Below are positions 39,754-50,657 of a stretch of 64,000 nucleotides of DNA, piece by piece (within the stretch, counting starts at the first letter, position 1; each line of letters starts with the position of its first letter). Source of the DNA: Smithella sp. (lineage in GTDB: Bacteria; Desulfobacterota; Syntrophia; Syntrophales; Smithellaceae); assembly GCA_035524255.1 (NCBI GenBank), contig DATKPG010000017.1, forward strand, positions 4,886-68,885, read 5' to 3'. The translations under genes were made by a program, and so were the position numbers. The notes beneath the pieces were generated by a model that did not search any database, was not told where the DNA came from, and worked only from the letters and a program-made list of their open reading frames with translations.

Positions 39754-40100
39754 TGATAAATGATTTTTCTCAAATTTGATCGGCACGGCTTATCTTCGGA
39801 AAACAAATAGAGCAAAAAGCGTCATATGAATTTATGAATTTGTAATGATCTGTAAACATATTAATAACATATAACAATGAAAAAAATTGTGCCGCATAAA
39901 AATCAATACGTTCAAACTTAATCCAGATAACTCAATTTTTAAAATAACCGCAAAAAGAAAAACGTTGACTAGCCCATATCGTTTTGGTATTGTCCACCGG
40001 CTCAAAGCGGACGATATAATAAAAAATGTCCTTGAATGAAGTTGCGGTTTGTTCTGCATACGTTGGTTAAGATTAATAATTTTTTAATAAGAGAGATTTT

Positions 40101-40442
40101 ATGTATTCATTATTAGTTATTTTACATGTTTTAGCTTGTCTTGTTTTAATAGTAATTGTTCTCCTGCAGGCAGGTAAGGGCGCCAATATGGGCGCGGCAT
40201 TCGGCGGTTCAAGCCAAACGGTTTTTGGATCTTCAGGAGCCGGCACGTTTTTGGGAAAACTGACTGCGGCAATAGCTGTTCTCTTTATGCTTACGTCTCT
40301 GGCATTAACGTATACGGCAAGCCATAGAAGCACCTCATTAATAGGTCAGCAAAGACTCCCTGTTAAGGAACAGACTCTTCCTGTGACAAGCCCGAATGCA
40401 GCAAAACTGCCGGCGGCACCTGCCGCACCGGCGAACAAATAA
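40101..40442 (+). CDS. secG: Preprotein translocase subunit SecG
   Basis: The N-terminal motif is VLLQAGKGANMGAAFGGSSQTVFGSSGAGTFL. It has two TM helices. Confidence 0.9.
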   Translation: MYSLLVILHVLACLVLIVIVLLQAGKGANMGAAFGGSSQTVFGSSGAGTFLGKLTAAIAVLFMLTSLALTYTASHRSTSLIGQQRLPVKEQTLPVTSPNAAKLPAAPAAPANK

Positions 40443-40530
40443 CTAAGCGTATTTTTATTTGATAATCGCGCAATCCGATGCAAAAAGTTTGAACCAAAAA
40501 TCGCGATTAGAAGTATTTACATATTTTGAT

Positions 40531-40616
40531 GCCGAAGTGGTGGAATTGGTAGACACGCTATCTTGAGGGGGTAGTGGACAAAATCCGTGCTGGTTCAAGT
40601 CCAGTCTTCGGCACCA
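40531..40616 (+). tRNA. tRNA-Leu (anticodon GAG), CCA encoded
   Basis: Folded by hand. The acceptor stem is GCCGAAG/CUUCGGC and the anticodon stem is CUAUC/GGUAG with loop UUGAGGG. It has a long variable arm, T-arm GGUUCAAGUCC and a 3' CCA. Confidence 0.9.
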
Positions 40617-40639
40617 TAATTTAAAATCATTTGTTTTTT

Positions 40640-40676
40640 ATGATGGGGATTTAGCAATCAGCTAAATCCCCATCAT
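40640..40676 (+). terminator. Perfect 16-bp hairpin downstream of tRNA-Leu (likely terminator)
   Basis: ATGATGGGGATTTAGC-aatca-GCTAAATCCCCATCAT. The downstream sequence is only moderately T-rich. Confidence 0.5.
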
Positions 40677-40798
40677 TGCATTTGTCTTCTCTCTTTCATG
40701 ATGTTCCAGTTACAACCTGTTTCTAAAATAGATCCATTTAAATGATTTTTTCAATATTTCGTGTTATATTAACAATTTAAATAATAACACTTTTTTTC

Positions 40799-40856
40799 TT
40801 GACAATCCTTCACTAATAATTTAAATACTATCAAAGTGATAGTATAGATAGTATTT
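40799..40856 (+). promoter_or_regulatory. Promoter (TTGACA-17-TAAATA) overlapped by a three-half-site repeat, candidate Rrf2 operator
   Basis: The -35 is at 40799-40804 and the -10 at 40822-40827. ATACTATC (40825-40832) is the inverted partner of GATAGTAT (40838-40845), which recurs directly at 40847-40854. The flanks extend the symmetry to AAATACTATC / GATAGTATTT. Confidence 0.5.
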
Positions 40857-40872
40857 AGATTGAGGAGATTTT

Positions 40873-41313
40873 ATGAGGCTTTCAACAAGAGCAAGATACG
40901 GCGTCAGGCTGATGGCGGCACTGGCCTTTAATTATAATAAAGGGCCGATATTTTTAAAAAACGTTGCCAGAGGAGAAAATATTTCCGAGAAATATTTAAG
41001 TTTGATTATCATACCTCTTCGGAGAATCGGTCTTGTGAACTCTGTGCGCGGAGCCCATGGTGGATACATTCTGGCTAAGGATCCTTCTCAGATCACCATG
41101 AAGGAGATTATTGACGTATTGGAGGGAGATTGTTCCCTCGTTGAATGTGTCAGGAACCCATCCACATGTCCGAGAGTTCCCATCTGTGCCACCCACGACA
41201 TATGGGAAATTATTGGGGGAAAAATTTCCGAAACTCTGAATTCAATTACACTGGATATGCTGGTACAGATGAATCAGGAAAAAGCTCAAAAAACAATAAT
41301 GCATAATATTTGA
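40873..41313 (+). CDS. Rrf2-family transcriptional regulator (IscR/CymR-like)
   Basis: It starts MRLSTRARYGVRLMAALA. The wHTH includes ISEKYLSLII, and three Cys in CSLVECVRNPSTCPRVPIC could ligate a cluster. Confidence 0.85.
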   Translation: MRLSTRARYGVRLMAALAFNYNKGPIFLKNVARGENISEKYLSLIIIPLRRIGLVNSVRGAHGGYILAKDPSQITMKEIIDVLEGDCSLVECVRNPSTCPRVPICATHDIWEIIGGKISETLNSITLDMLVQMNQEKAQKTIMHNI

Positions 41314-41332
41314 AAATAACGGGAATACTACA

Positions 41333-42505
41333 TTGGAAAAAATATTTTTCGATAATGCCGCGACAACTCCGACGGATCCCCGTGTTCTGCAGGCCATGCT
41401 TCCCTGCTTCACGGAGATTTACGGAAATCCATCGAGTTTGCATACGCTTGGTCAGGAGGCCAAGCATTTGGTGGAAGAAGCAAGACATACTATTGCGTCC
41501 TTTATCGGTGCATTGCCCGATGAGATTATTTTTACATGCGGCGGAACGGAGGGCAATAATACAGTCGTTGAAGGCGTAGCGCTGGCTCGGCGGGAAAAAG
41601 GCAACCACATCATTACCTCGAAGATAGAGCATCATTCCGTTCTGGAGGTATGCCATTTTCTCGAAAAAGAGGGATTTGAAGTGACTCTCATACCGGTGAA
41701 TGGACACGGCCTTGTCGATCCCGATGATGTACGGAGGGCCATTACGGATAGGACCATATTGATTTCCATTATGCATGCAAATAATGAAATAGGCACGATT
41801 CAACCCCTGGCCGAAATCAGCCAAATCGCCGGGGAAAACGGAATTTATTTTCATACTGACGCGGTACAGACATTCGGTCACTTGCCGGTAAATGTCAATG
41901 AACTGCAGATTGATCTCATGAGCGCGTCCGCTCATAAGCTATACGGACCGAAAGGCGCGGGCTTTCTATATGTGAGAAAAGGAACGCGCATGAAGCCCCT
42001 GTTGCGTGGAGGCAATCAGGAAAGAGGATGGCGCGCCTCTACTCATAATGTGCCGGGAATCGTCGGTTTGGGAAAAGCCGTGGAACTGGCCAAAGAAGAA
42101 GTTGTAAATGAAATAGAAAATTTGACCTCCCTGCGAAATATGTTGATCGATGGCATTCTTACAAAGATCGAACAGTCACGTTTGAACGGTCATCCTTCTC
42201 AGAGGTTACCGAATAACGTCAATATTTCATTTTCACACGTGGAGAGTGAATCCGTGCTCCTGAATCTGGACAGGAAAGGCATTGCCTGTTCGACCGGCTC
42301 CGCCTGTACTTCGTCGAATATGGAGCCATCGCATGTTTTATCGGCCATCGGACTCTCCCGTGAGTTTGCCCACGGCTCATTGAGGTTTTCGCTTGGAAGA
42401 CAGACTACCCGGGACGACATCCGTTACCTGCTTGAGGTTTTACCGGGCATTATTAGTAAATTACGTTCAATTTCTCCTGCCTATAAAAAAGCAGCGAAAA
42501 TTTAA
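41333..42505 (+). CDS. Cysteine desulfurase (class I, NifS/IscS family)
   Basis: TTG start. It has FDNAATTP and SAHKLYGPKG (PLP Lys), and the active-site loop STGSACTSSNMEPSHVL. Confidence 0.9.
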   Translation: MEKIFFDNAATTPTDPRVLQAMLPCFTEIYGNPSSLHTLGQEAKHLVEEARHTIASFIGALPDEIIFTCGGTEGNNTVVEGVALARREKGNHIITSKIEHHSVLEVCHFLEKEGFEVTLIPVNGHGLVDPDDVRRAITDRTILISIMHANNEIGTIQPLAEISQIAGENGIYFHTDAVQTFGHLPVNVNELQIDLMSASAHKLYGPKGAGFLYVRKGTRMKPLLRGGNQERGWRASTHNVPGIVGLGKAVELAKEEVVNEIENLTSLRNMLIDGILTKIEQSRLNGHPSQRLPNNVNISFSHVESESVLLNLDRKGIACSTGSACTSSNMEPSHVLSAIGLSREFAHGSLRFSLGRQTTRDDIRYLLEVLPGIISKLRSISPAYKKAAKI

Positions 42506-42561
42506 GGAATAATTAAGGGCTGCTGCCTGTTGCGAAAGGCAGAGGACAAAAGAGGTTATAT

Positions 42562-43470
42562 ATGGAAATTATTGAAAAGATCAATAAATTGAAAAAAGGG
42601 AAAAATGCCGTTATCCTGGCACATAATTATCAAATCCCCGAAGTTCAGGATATAGCCGATTATGTGGGAGATTCGTTGGGACTGAGCATTCAGGCATCAA
42701 AGACCAAGGCGGATATCATCGTGTTTTGCGGTGTATATTTCATGGCGGAGACGGCAAAAATCCTGTCGCCGGAGAAAACCGTTCTCATTCCTGACAAAAA
42801 TGCGGGCTGTCCCATGGCAGATATGATTACGGCCGATCAACTCCGTAAGCTAAAAGCACAACATCCCGGGGCAGGGGTTCTTTGTTACGTGAACACGACG
42901 GCAGAGGTGAAAGCCGAGTGCGATGTCTGCTGTACGTCGGGAAACGCTCAGACTGTCGTCCGTGAAGCCTTTGGATCCGGGGACGAAATAATATTTGTTC
43001 CCGATCAGTATCTGGCTCATTTCATATCGACCCGGACCGGGAGGGATTTTATAACATGGAGAGGATATTGTCCCACGCATGTAAAGATACTGCCTGAGGA
43101 TATTACCGCGAAAAGATCTCTTTATAAAGGCATAGAGGTTCTTGTGCATCCGGAATGTCCGGCAAGCGTTACGTCTCTTGCCGACAAGGTACTCTCTACT
43201 GAAGGAATATGCCGTTATGTTCAGGAATCCGGAGCAAAAGAATTTATCATCGGAACAGAAATCGGCATTCTCCACCGATTGAAAAAAGAGAATCCGGAAA
43301 AAACTTTTTATCCTGTCACCGAACGGGCCAGCTGTCCAAATATGAAATTGACAACCCTTGAGAAAATTTTATGGTCTTTGGAGGAAATGGAGCACGAGGT
43401 TACTGTGCTCCCCGATATCATGCGCAGGGCAAGAAAAAGTCTGCAACGAATGATAGATTACAAACTCTAA
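42562..43470 (+). CDS. nadA: Quinolinate synthase
   Basis: 302 aa. It has AHNYQIPEVQDIAD, FCGVYFMAET and conserved cluster Cys (GCPMA, YCPTH, SCPNM). Confidence 0.9.
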   Translation: MEIIEKINKLKKGKNAVILAHNYQIPEVQDIADYVGDSLGLSIQASKTKADIIVFCGVYFMAETAKILSPEKTVLIPDKNAGCPMADMITADQLRKLKAQHPGAGVLCYVNTTAEVKAECDVCCTSGNAQTVVREAFGSGDEIIFVPDQYLAHFISTRTGRDFITWRGYCPTHVKILPEDITAKRSLYKGIEVLVHPECPASVTSLADKVLSTEGICRYVQESGAKEFIIGTEIGILHRLKKENPEKTFYPVTERASCPNMKLTTLEKILWSLEEMEHEVTVLPDIMRRARKSLQRMIDYKL

Positions 43471-43482
43471 ACAATACTGTAA

Positions 43483-44793
<1,311 letters not shown>

Positions 44794-44809
44794 GGTTAAG
44801 GAGGTTATT

Positions 44810-45736
44810 ATGGCAAAAATATTTTCAGATATTACCAAGACCGTAGGGAAAACTCCGCTGGTCCGTCTCAACAGAATGGGAATGGAATTGAATTCGGAAA
44901 TTTTAGTTAAAATTGAATCCTTCAATCCTCTTTCCAGCGTAAAGGACAGGATAGGCGTCGCCATGATAGAGGCGGCCGAAAATGCGGGACTTCTGAATAA
45001 AGACACGGTTATTATTGAGCCGACAAGCGGAAACACCGGGATTGCTCTTGCTTTTGTCTGCGCCGCCAAAGGATACCGCCTAATTCTCACGATGCCTGAA
45101 ACAATGAGTATGGAGAGAAGGCATCTGCTTACTATTCTGGGCGCGGAACTTGTTTTGACAGAAGGAATCAAAGGAATGAAAGGCGCAATCGATAAAGCAG
45201 AGGAGTTGGCAAAGACACATGAAAACAGTTTTGTGCCCCAGCAGTTTCAGAATCCCGCCAATCCGGAGATACACCGTAAGACAACCGCCGAGGAAATATG
45301 GCAGGACACTGACGGCAAAGTTGATTATATTATATCGGGTGTCGGTACCGGCGGAACGATTACCGGCATTGGTGAGGTTTTGAAAAAAAGAAATCCTTCG
45401 GTAAAGATGATTGCCGTTGAGCCTGTAGATTCACCGGTTCTGTCCGGCGGAAAGCCAGGTCCCCACAAGATACAGGGTATCGGCGCCGGATTTGTCCCTG
45501 ATATATTGAATCGGAAAATTATTGACGAGATCATTCAGGTGGCTCATGAGAATGCCGGTGAGATGGCCAGGCGAATCGCTAAAGAAGAAGGAATTCTTGT
45601 CGGAATATCCAGCGGCGCTGCTGTTTGGGCAGCCCTGGAAATTGCGAAAAGAAAAGAGGCCGGAGGAAAAACAATTGTGGCTATTTTGCCGGATACCGGT
45701 GAGAGATATTTATCGACGTGGCTGTTTCAGAAATAA
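44810..45736 (+). CDS. cysK: Cysteine synthase A (O-acetylserine sulfhydrylase)
   Basis: It starts at the [21 protein letters not shown], preceded by AAGGAGG. PLP Lys is in NPLSSVKDR, with TSGNTG and GVGTGGT loops. The track ORF is extended 5' to 44747. Confidence 0.9.
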   Translation: MAKIFSDITKTVGKTPLVRLNRMGMELNSEILVKIESFNPLSSVKDRIGVAMIEAAENAGLLNKDTVIIEPTSGNTGIALAFVCAAKGYRLILTMPETMSMERRHLLTILGAELVLTEGIKGMKGAIDKAEELAKTHENSFVPQQFQNPANPEIHRKTTAEEIWQDTDGKVDYIISGVGTGGTITGIGEVLKKRNPSVKMIAVEPVDSPVLSGGKPGPHKIQGIGAGFVPDILNRKIIDEIIQVAHENAGEMARRIAKEEGILVGISSGAAVWAALEIAKRKEAGGKTIVAILPDTGERYLSTWLFQK

Positions 45737-45790
45737 CCGGTTGTTGTTTCCCTGTTTAGAAAGAGGGATTTTGGGAGATTTAAAATACAA

Positions 45791-46954
45791 ATGAGTACTG
45801 TGACAATAAAGAATGGTTCGGTCGGTATTGTGGAAACACATTACTACACCTACGCCAGGCAAGGCAAGGAGCATAAACTGGAAAGCGGTGAATCGCTTGG
45901 GCCTATTACGCTTGCGTATGAGACATACGGAAAATTGAATAAAGACAAATCGAACGCGATTCTTGCGCTCCACGCTCTTTCCGGCGATGCTCACGCGGCA
46001 GGAGTGCATAAAGGCGAGGATAATAAAGGCTGGTGGGATGACATGATCGGTCCGGGCAAGGCTTTTGATACAAATCGTTATTTTGTTATTTGTTCAAATG
46101 TTATCGGCGGGTGCAAAGGATCCACGGGGCCGTCTTCCATAAATCAGGCAACGGGAAAACCTTATGCCCTGGATTTCCCGTTTATCACCGTTGCCGATAT
46201 GGTTCATGCTCAGCGTCATCTGATCGATCATATAGGAATTGAAAAATTATTATGCGTCGCCGGCGGATCTATGGGGGGCATGCAGGTTCTTCAATGGGTA
46301 GCCTCTTACCCGGAGCGTGTGAAAGCGGCTATTCCAATTGCCACGACGTTAAAGCACTCTCCCCAGCAGATTGCTTTTAACGAAGTAATCCGGCAGTCCA
46401 TCATGGCCGATCCGGCATGGCGGGAGGGAAACTACTATGAGTATGGTCAGCCCGAAAAGGGACTGTCTGTCGCGCGCATGATCGGCCATATAACCTTTAT
46501 GAGCGATCAGTCCATGGAGAAGAAGTTTTCTCGGCGTTTGAAGAAAGATCAATTCAATTTCGGATTTGACCCCGACTTTGAAGTGGAAGGTTATCTGCAT
46601 TACAGGGGGGCAAATTTTGTGAAGCGCTTCGATGCCAATTCTTATCTCTATATCACAAAAGCGATCGACTATTTTGATTTGTCGGGAAGCAAAATGATTC
46701 CACCGGGAAAATCGATTGATACGCGTTTTATGATTATTTCCTTTAAATCGGATTGGCTCTACCCCGCCTATCAATCCCAGGATATTGTTCGTCTGCTGAA
46801 AAGGAGACATGTGGATGCAACATACTGTGAACTTTCCTCGACGTACGGTCATGACGCCTTTCTGATAGAGATAGAAGAGCAGACAAGTCTTATTAAACAT
46901 TTTTTGGATAAAACCTTTAATGGTTACATGGTGGTGGGAAATTATGGCCGCTGA
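45791..46954 (+). CDS. metX: Homoserine O-acetyltransferase
   Basis: It has an alpha/beta fold with nucleophile motif GGSMGGMQ and a typical MetX N-terminus (...[18 protein letters not shown]). Confidence 0.9.
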   Translation: MSTVTIKNGSVGIVETHYYTYARQGKEHKLESGESLGPITLAYETYGKLNKDKSNAILALHALSGDAHAAGVHKGEDNKGWWDDMIGPGKAFDTNRYFVICSNVIGGCKGSTGPSSINQATGKPYALDFPFITVADMVHAQRHLIDHIGIEKLLCVAGGSMGGMQVLQWVASYPERVKAAIPIATTLKHSPQQIAFNEVIRQSIMADPAWREGNYYEYGQPEKGLSVARMIGHITFMSDQSMEKKFSRRLKKDQFNFGFDPDFEVEGYLHYRGANFVKRFDANSYLYITKAIDYFDLSGSKMIPPGKSIDTRFMIISFKSDWLYPAYQSQDIVRLLKRRHVDATYCELSSTYGHDAFLIEIEEQTSLIKHFLDKTFNGYMVVGNYGR

Positions 46955-47585
46955 AAATATTCATCTGGATTACAGTATAATTTATTCGATTATCGAACCG
47001 GGCTCGCGCGTTCTTGATCTGGGGTGCGGGGAGGGCGATCTTCTGTATCCTCTTGTCCGTGATAAGCAAATCCGGGCTCAGGGAATTGAGCTTGACGACA
47101 AAGCCATTCAGGAATGTGTTAAGAAGGGTTTAAGTGTTTTCCAGGATGATATTGAAAACAGCCTGCGGGAATATCCGGATAATTCCTTCGATTATGTGAT
47201 TTTAAATCAAAGCATGCAGGAAGTGAGAAAAGTCGATTGCGTCATCCAGGATGCCCTGCGTATCGCAAGAAAAGTAATTATCGGATTTCCCAACTTTGCT
47301 TATTTCAAATCGCGGATCATGTTGTTTTTTCAGGGAAGGTCACCGATTACGGGATCACTGCCCTATCTCTGGTTCGATACGCCCAACGTTCGCTTTTTGA
47401 GCATTACGGATTTCAAAAATTTCTGCGCCGAAAAAAAAATCCGCATCATCGAAGACCATTATCTGGGTGACAGGAAAATTGTGCATTTTTGGCCTAACAT
47501 GCTGGCAATGAACGCTATTTTTGTTATCACAAAACAGGATGGTCACGCGGTGACGAATATTGAAGCGCAAAGCTCAAACATGTGA
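46944..47585 (+). CDS. metW: Methionine biosynthesis protein MetW
   Basis: It has a SAM-MTase-like motif ([12 protein letters not shown]) and sits immediately after, and overlapping, metX. The start is taken at MAAENIH (46944); the track start is 46920. Confidence 0.85.
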   Translation: MAAENIHLDYSIIYSIIEPGSRVLDLGCGEGDLLYPLVRDKQIRAQGIELDDKAIQECVKKGLSVFQDDIENSLREYPDNSFDYVILNQSMQEVRKVDCVIQDALRIARKVIIGFPNFAYFKSRIMLFFQGRSPITGSLPYLWFDTPNVRFLSITDFKNFCAEKKIRIIEDHYLGDRKIVHFWPNMLAMNAIFVITKQDGHAVTNIEAQSSNM

Positions 47586-47656
47586 TATTTTCAACAACCG
47601 AATCGTGAAATTAGCGATACGAGATTAATTTTAAGATCCATAAAAAAGAGTGATCC

Positions 47657-48469
47657 ATGATACAAAATCCAAAATTTGATAATTTGTTAGATTATTTAAA
47701 GCGTCTTGAATATGCAGCCATCGCTTTTTCAGGCGGCGTCGACAGTGCCTTTTTGCTGGCGGCGGCAAAAATGGCACTGGGTGACAAGGCGGTGGGCATC
47801 ACTATTGATTCGCCTGCACTGCCCCGTTATGAGCTTGATGATGCCATATCGATTGCCCGGATGATCGGAGTCAGGCATGTTATTGTCAAATCTGAGGAGA
47901 TTGAGGAAGCGGTAAAAAAGAATACAGCCAACCGGTGCTATTTTTGCAAAAAAATTGAGTTCGGAATTGTTAAGAAGACAGCCGAATGCCTCGGCATCAA
48001 ATACGTTTTAGACGGCAGTAATGCCGACGACTTGCAGGATTATCGTCCGGGGATGAAGGCGACTTCCGAATTGCAGGTGCGAAGTCCATTGCTTGATGTC
48101 CAAATGACAAAAAGTGAAATCCGTGAATTTTCCAGAGAACTCAAGCTGCCCACATGGGATAAACCGGCGTATGCCTGTTTATACTCCCGCATTCCTTACG
48201 GACAGGAAATCAGGCTGGAGGATTTGGAAAAAGTCGAAAAGTCGGAGAAATTCTTCATTGACAAAGGGATCAGGACGATCAGGGTAAGATGCCATGGTGA
48301 GTTGGCCCGCATTGAAGTGGCTGCTGCCGACAGGCAAAAGCTTGTGACGGAACCCCTGGCATCGGAAATCGTACAGACGTTGAAATCATATGGATTTAAG
48401 TATGTTACTCTCGATATCCAGGGCTATCGTATGGGAAGTCTGAACGAAGCTATCAATATCGAAGAGTAG
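47657..48469 (+). CDS. PP-loop ATP-pyrophosphatase of the LarE/TIGR00268 family (sulfur transferase-like)
   Basis: It has the PP-loop AIAFSGGVDSAFL. The Cys triad is CYFC plus the ACLYSRIPYG motif, which is equivalent to the LarE sulfur-donor Cys region. Confidence 0.75.
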   Translation: MIQNPKFDNLLDYLKRLEYAAIAFSGGVDSAFLLAAAKMALGDKAVGITIDSPALPRYELDDAISIARMIGVRHVIVKSEEIEEAVKKNTANRCYFCKKIEFGIVKKTAECLGIKYVLDGSNADDLQDYRPGMKATSELQVRSPLLDVQMTKSEIREFSRELKLPTWDKPAYACLYSRIPYGQEIRLEDLEKVEKSEKFFIDKGIRTIRVRCHGELARIEVAAADRQKLVTEPLASEIVQTLKSYGFKYVTLDIQGYRMGSLNEAINIEE

Positions 48470-48486
48470 TAACACAAAGGTGATAA

Positions 48487-49284
48487 ATGGACGATAAATT
48501 ATACGGCGCTTTTACCGTTAAAGAAATCTTTTGTGACGTCGATAAGGCCAAATTGCGTGATGCCGAAAAAGATGTCATTGGCGAGATCTCTTTGAAGATC
48601 TATATCAACGGAACGGAGTACGCCTCTTTGCTTTGCCTCAACCAGCTAACCGAGGAACTGGCTATCGGTTTCCTTTACAGCGAGGGTGTGATCGACACAT
48701 TCCGGGATATAGCATCCATAAATTACAATGAACGCTTATTTGCCGTCATGGTTGATCTAGCGCCCGGGAAATCCGTAGATAAATGTGAAAGCCTGCGCAG
48801 CGTCACATCGGGGTGTGGAAAATGCTTCACGTACATCAATCCTCTTAAACATGATAAATTCCTGCCAGTGCCGGATCAGGATAAATTTCCCTTAAGCGAC
48901 ATTCTGCAAGCAATGAAGGAGTTCGAGTTTCGCTCTGAATTATACAAAGCGATTGGCGGAGTTCACAGCGTTCTGTTTCATCATAATAAATATTCTATAT
49001 TTAGCGAAGATATCGGACGGCACAACTGTTTTGATAAGATAGGGGGCGTACTGATCAGAACTGATCATATGAATCTCGTAGGGGAGGGAATGTTGTTCGT
49101 AAGCGGCCGGGTTTCTTCGGAAATCATCACCAAGGTCATCAGACTGGGTGTTCCTGTTCTTGTTTCGCGATCAACACCAACGGCAGCGGCAGTTAACCTT
49201 GCCAGAGAATACAATGTTACGCTCCTGGGATATGTGCGAAGCAGTTCCGGGTATGTATACTCGGGGGAAAATCGTTTGATATAA
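48487..49284 (+). CDS. fdhD: Formate dehydrogenase accessory sulfurtransferase FdhD
   Basis: 265 aa. It has GRHNCFDKIGG and SGRVSSEIITKVIRLGVPVLVSRSTPT. A Cys-containing loop SGCGKC is present. Confidence 0.85.
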   Translation: MDDKLYGAFTVKEIFCDVDKAKLRDAEKDVIGEISLKIYINGTEYASLLCLNQLTEELAIGFLYSEGVIDTFRDIASINYNERLFAVMVDLAPGKSVDKCESLRSVTSGCGKCFTYINPLKHDKFLPVPDQDKFPLSDILQAMKEFEFRSELYKAIGGVHSVLFHHNKYSIFSEDIGRHNCFDKIGGVLIRTDHMNLVGEGMLFVSGRVSSEIITKVIRLGVPVLVSRSTPTAAAVNLAREYNVTLLGYVRSSSGYVYSGENRLI

Positions 49285-49338
49285 GGATAAGATTACTGTA
49301 CTCTTAATGTCGCTTGCGAAAGCGGAAGGTACTTTGAG

Positions 49339-49785
49339 ATGGTCAATATTAAAGGAAAGATTCTATCGGTCAATATATCTCCAAATAAAGGGGAGAAGAA
49401 ACAGAACATCAACCGCGGACTCTTCATAAAAAACCATGGATTGAAAGATGACGGCCACGCGGAGCCTGGCATCCGGCAGGTGAGTCTCCTAGCAAAGAAA
49501 AGCATTGAAAAAATCAGGGACAAAGGTTTGAACGTGCAATATGGTGATTTCGCGGAAAATCTGACCATCGAAGGAATCGATCTGCCTTCCCTTTCTGTCG
49601 GCACACGGCTGAAAATCGGAGATAACGTCCTGATGGAGGTTACTCAAATCGGCAAGGTCTGTCATGAGCGGTGCAGTATATATTATACGATCGGCGACTG
49701 CGTCATGCCCCGCGAGGGAATATTTGTTAAAGTTTTACGCGGTGGCGATATTAAAATAGATGATATAATTGAGATTGTTGAGTAA
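49339..49785 (+). CDS. MOSC domain-containing protein
   Basis: 148 aa. The pattern is HGLKDDGHA...RQVSLL...GDFAENLTIEG...G..L.IG...LEVTQ...C. Confidence 0.8.
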   Translation: MVNIKGKILSVNISPNKGEKKQNINRGLFIKNHGLKDDGHAEPGIRQVSLLAKKSIEKIRDKGLNVQYGDFAENLTIEGIDLPSLSVGTRLKIGDNVLMEVTQIGKVCHERCSIYYTIGDCVMPREGIFVKVLRGGDIKIDDIIEIVE

Positions 49786-49832
49786 AATATAAAAATAAAT
49801 TATCTGATTCAGACAAAATTTAAGGAGAATTT

Positions 49833-50657
49833 ATGTGGGAATATACCGATAAGGTTAAAGAGTATTTTCTGAATCCGCGCAATGTGGGCGAAATTGAAAA
49901 TCCGGATGGTGTGGCTGAAGTCGGGTCGCTGGCCTGTGGCGATGCGCTGAAGCTGACATTCAAGCTTGACGAAAACAAGCGCATCAAAGATGCCAAGTTC
50001 AAGACATTCGGTTGCGCCAGCGCCATCGCTTCATCTTCAGCATTGACCGAGATGATCAAAGGGATGACGGTCGATGAAGCGCTCAAAGTCAGCAATCAGG
50101 ACATTGCCAAATTTCTGGGCGGATTACCCGATGAGAAAATGCACTGTTCGGTGATGGGCAAACAGGCGCTGGAAAAAGCGATAGAAAATTACCGGGGCGC
50201 TGCGCCCCTGGAGGCGGGCGCAAAAATTATATGTGAATGCTTTGGCGTGACCGACAAAGAAATCGAACGGGCGGTGCGTGAAAACAATCTGTTAACCGTG
50301 GAAGATGTAACCAATTATACCAAGGCCGGCGGAGGCTGTGGAGGCTGTCAGGATGCCATTGCCCAAATCATCGAAAAAGTTCGCAGCGAGCCCAAAATGG
50401 ACAGCAAACCGAAACTTACGAATCTTCAAAAGATCCGTTTGATCGAGGATACGATTGATCGGGAAATCCGGCCTTCACTGAAACACGATGGCGGCGATAT
50501 CGAAATTCTCGACATTATCGGCAACAGAGTGATTGTGGCGATGCGCGGCGCATGTTCTACCTGTAAGGCTTCGGATATTACTCTGAAGGATTTTGTGCAA
50601 CACAGGCTCCAGGAACTTGTTTCGCCGGATATAACCGTTGAGGAGGCATCCAAATGA
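49833..50657 (+). CDS. nifU: Fe-S cluster assembly protein NifU (IscU-like N-domain, BFD-like [2Fe-2S] middle domain, Nfu C-domain)
   Basis: Scaffold Cys are in GSLACGDA, FGCASAIASS and MHCSVMG. The middle domain has CEC...GGGCGGC and the C-terminus has CSTC. Confidence 0.9.
   Translation: MWEYTDKVKEYFLNPRNVGEIENPDGVAEVGSLACGDALKLTFKLDENKRIKDAKFKTFGCASAIASSSALTEMIKGMTVDEALKVSNQDIAKFLGGLPDEKMHCSVMGKQALEKAIENYRGAAPLEAGAKIICECFGVTDKEIERAVRENNLLTVEDVTNYTKAGGGCGGCQDAIAQIIEKVRSEPKMDSKPKLTNLQKIRLIEDTIDREIRPSLKHDGGDIEILDIIGNRVIVAMRGACSTCKASDITLKDFVQHRLQELVSPDITVEEASK

Noticed and set aside
39832-40333. Minus-strand ORFs of 75 aa (39832-40059) and 86 aa (40073-40333)
   Set aside because: The first lies in the AT-rich secG upstream spacer and has a low-complexity translation. 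The second is antisense to secG.
41246-41935. 229-aa minus-strand ORF
   Set aside because: It is antisense to the cysteine desulfurase gene, which has clear PLP and active-site motifs. No RBS or motif supports it.
46349-46900. 183-aa minus-strand ORF
   Set aside because: It is antisense to metX and is a shadow ORF.
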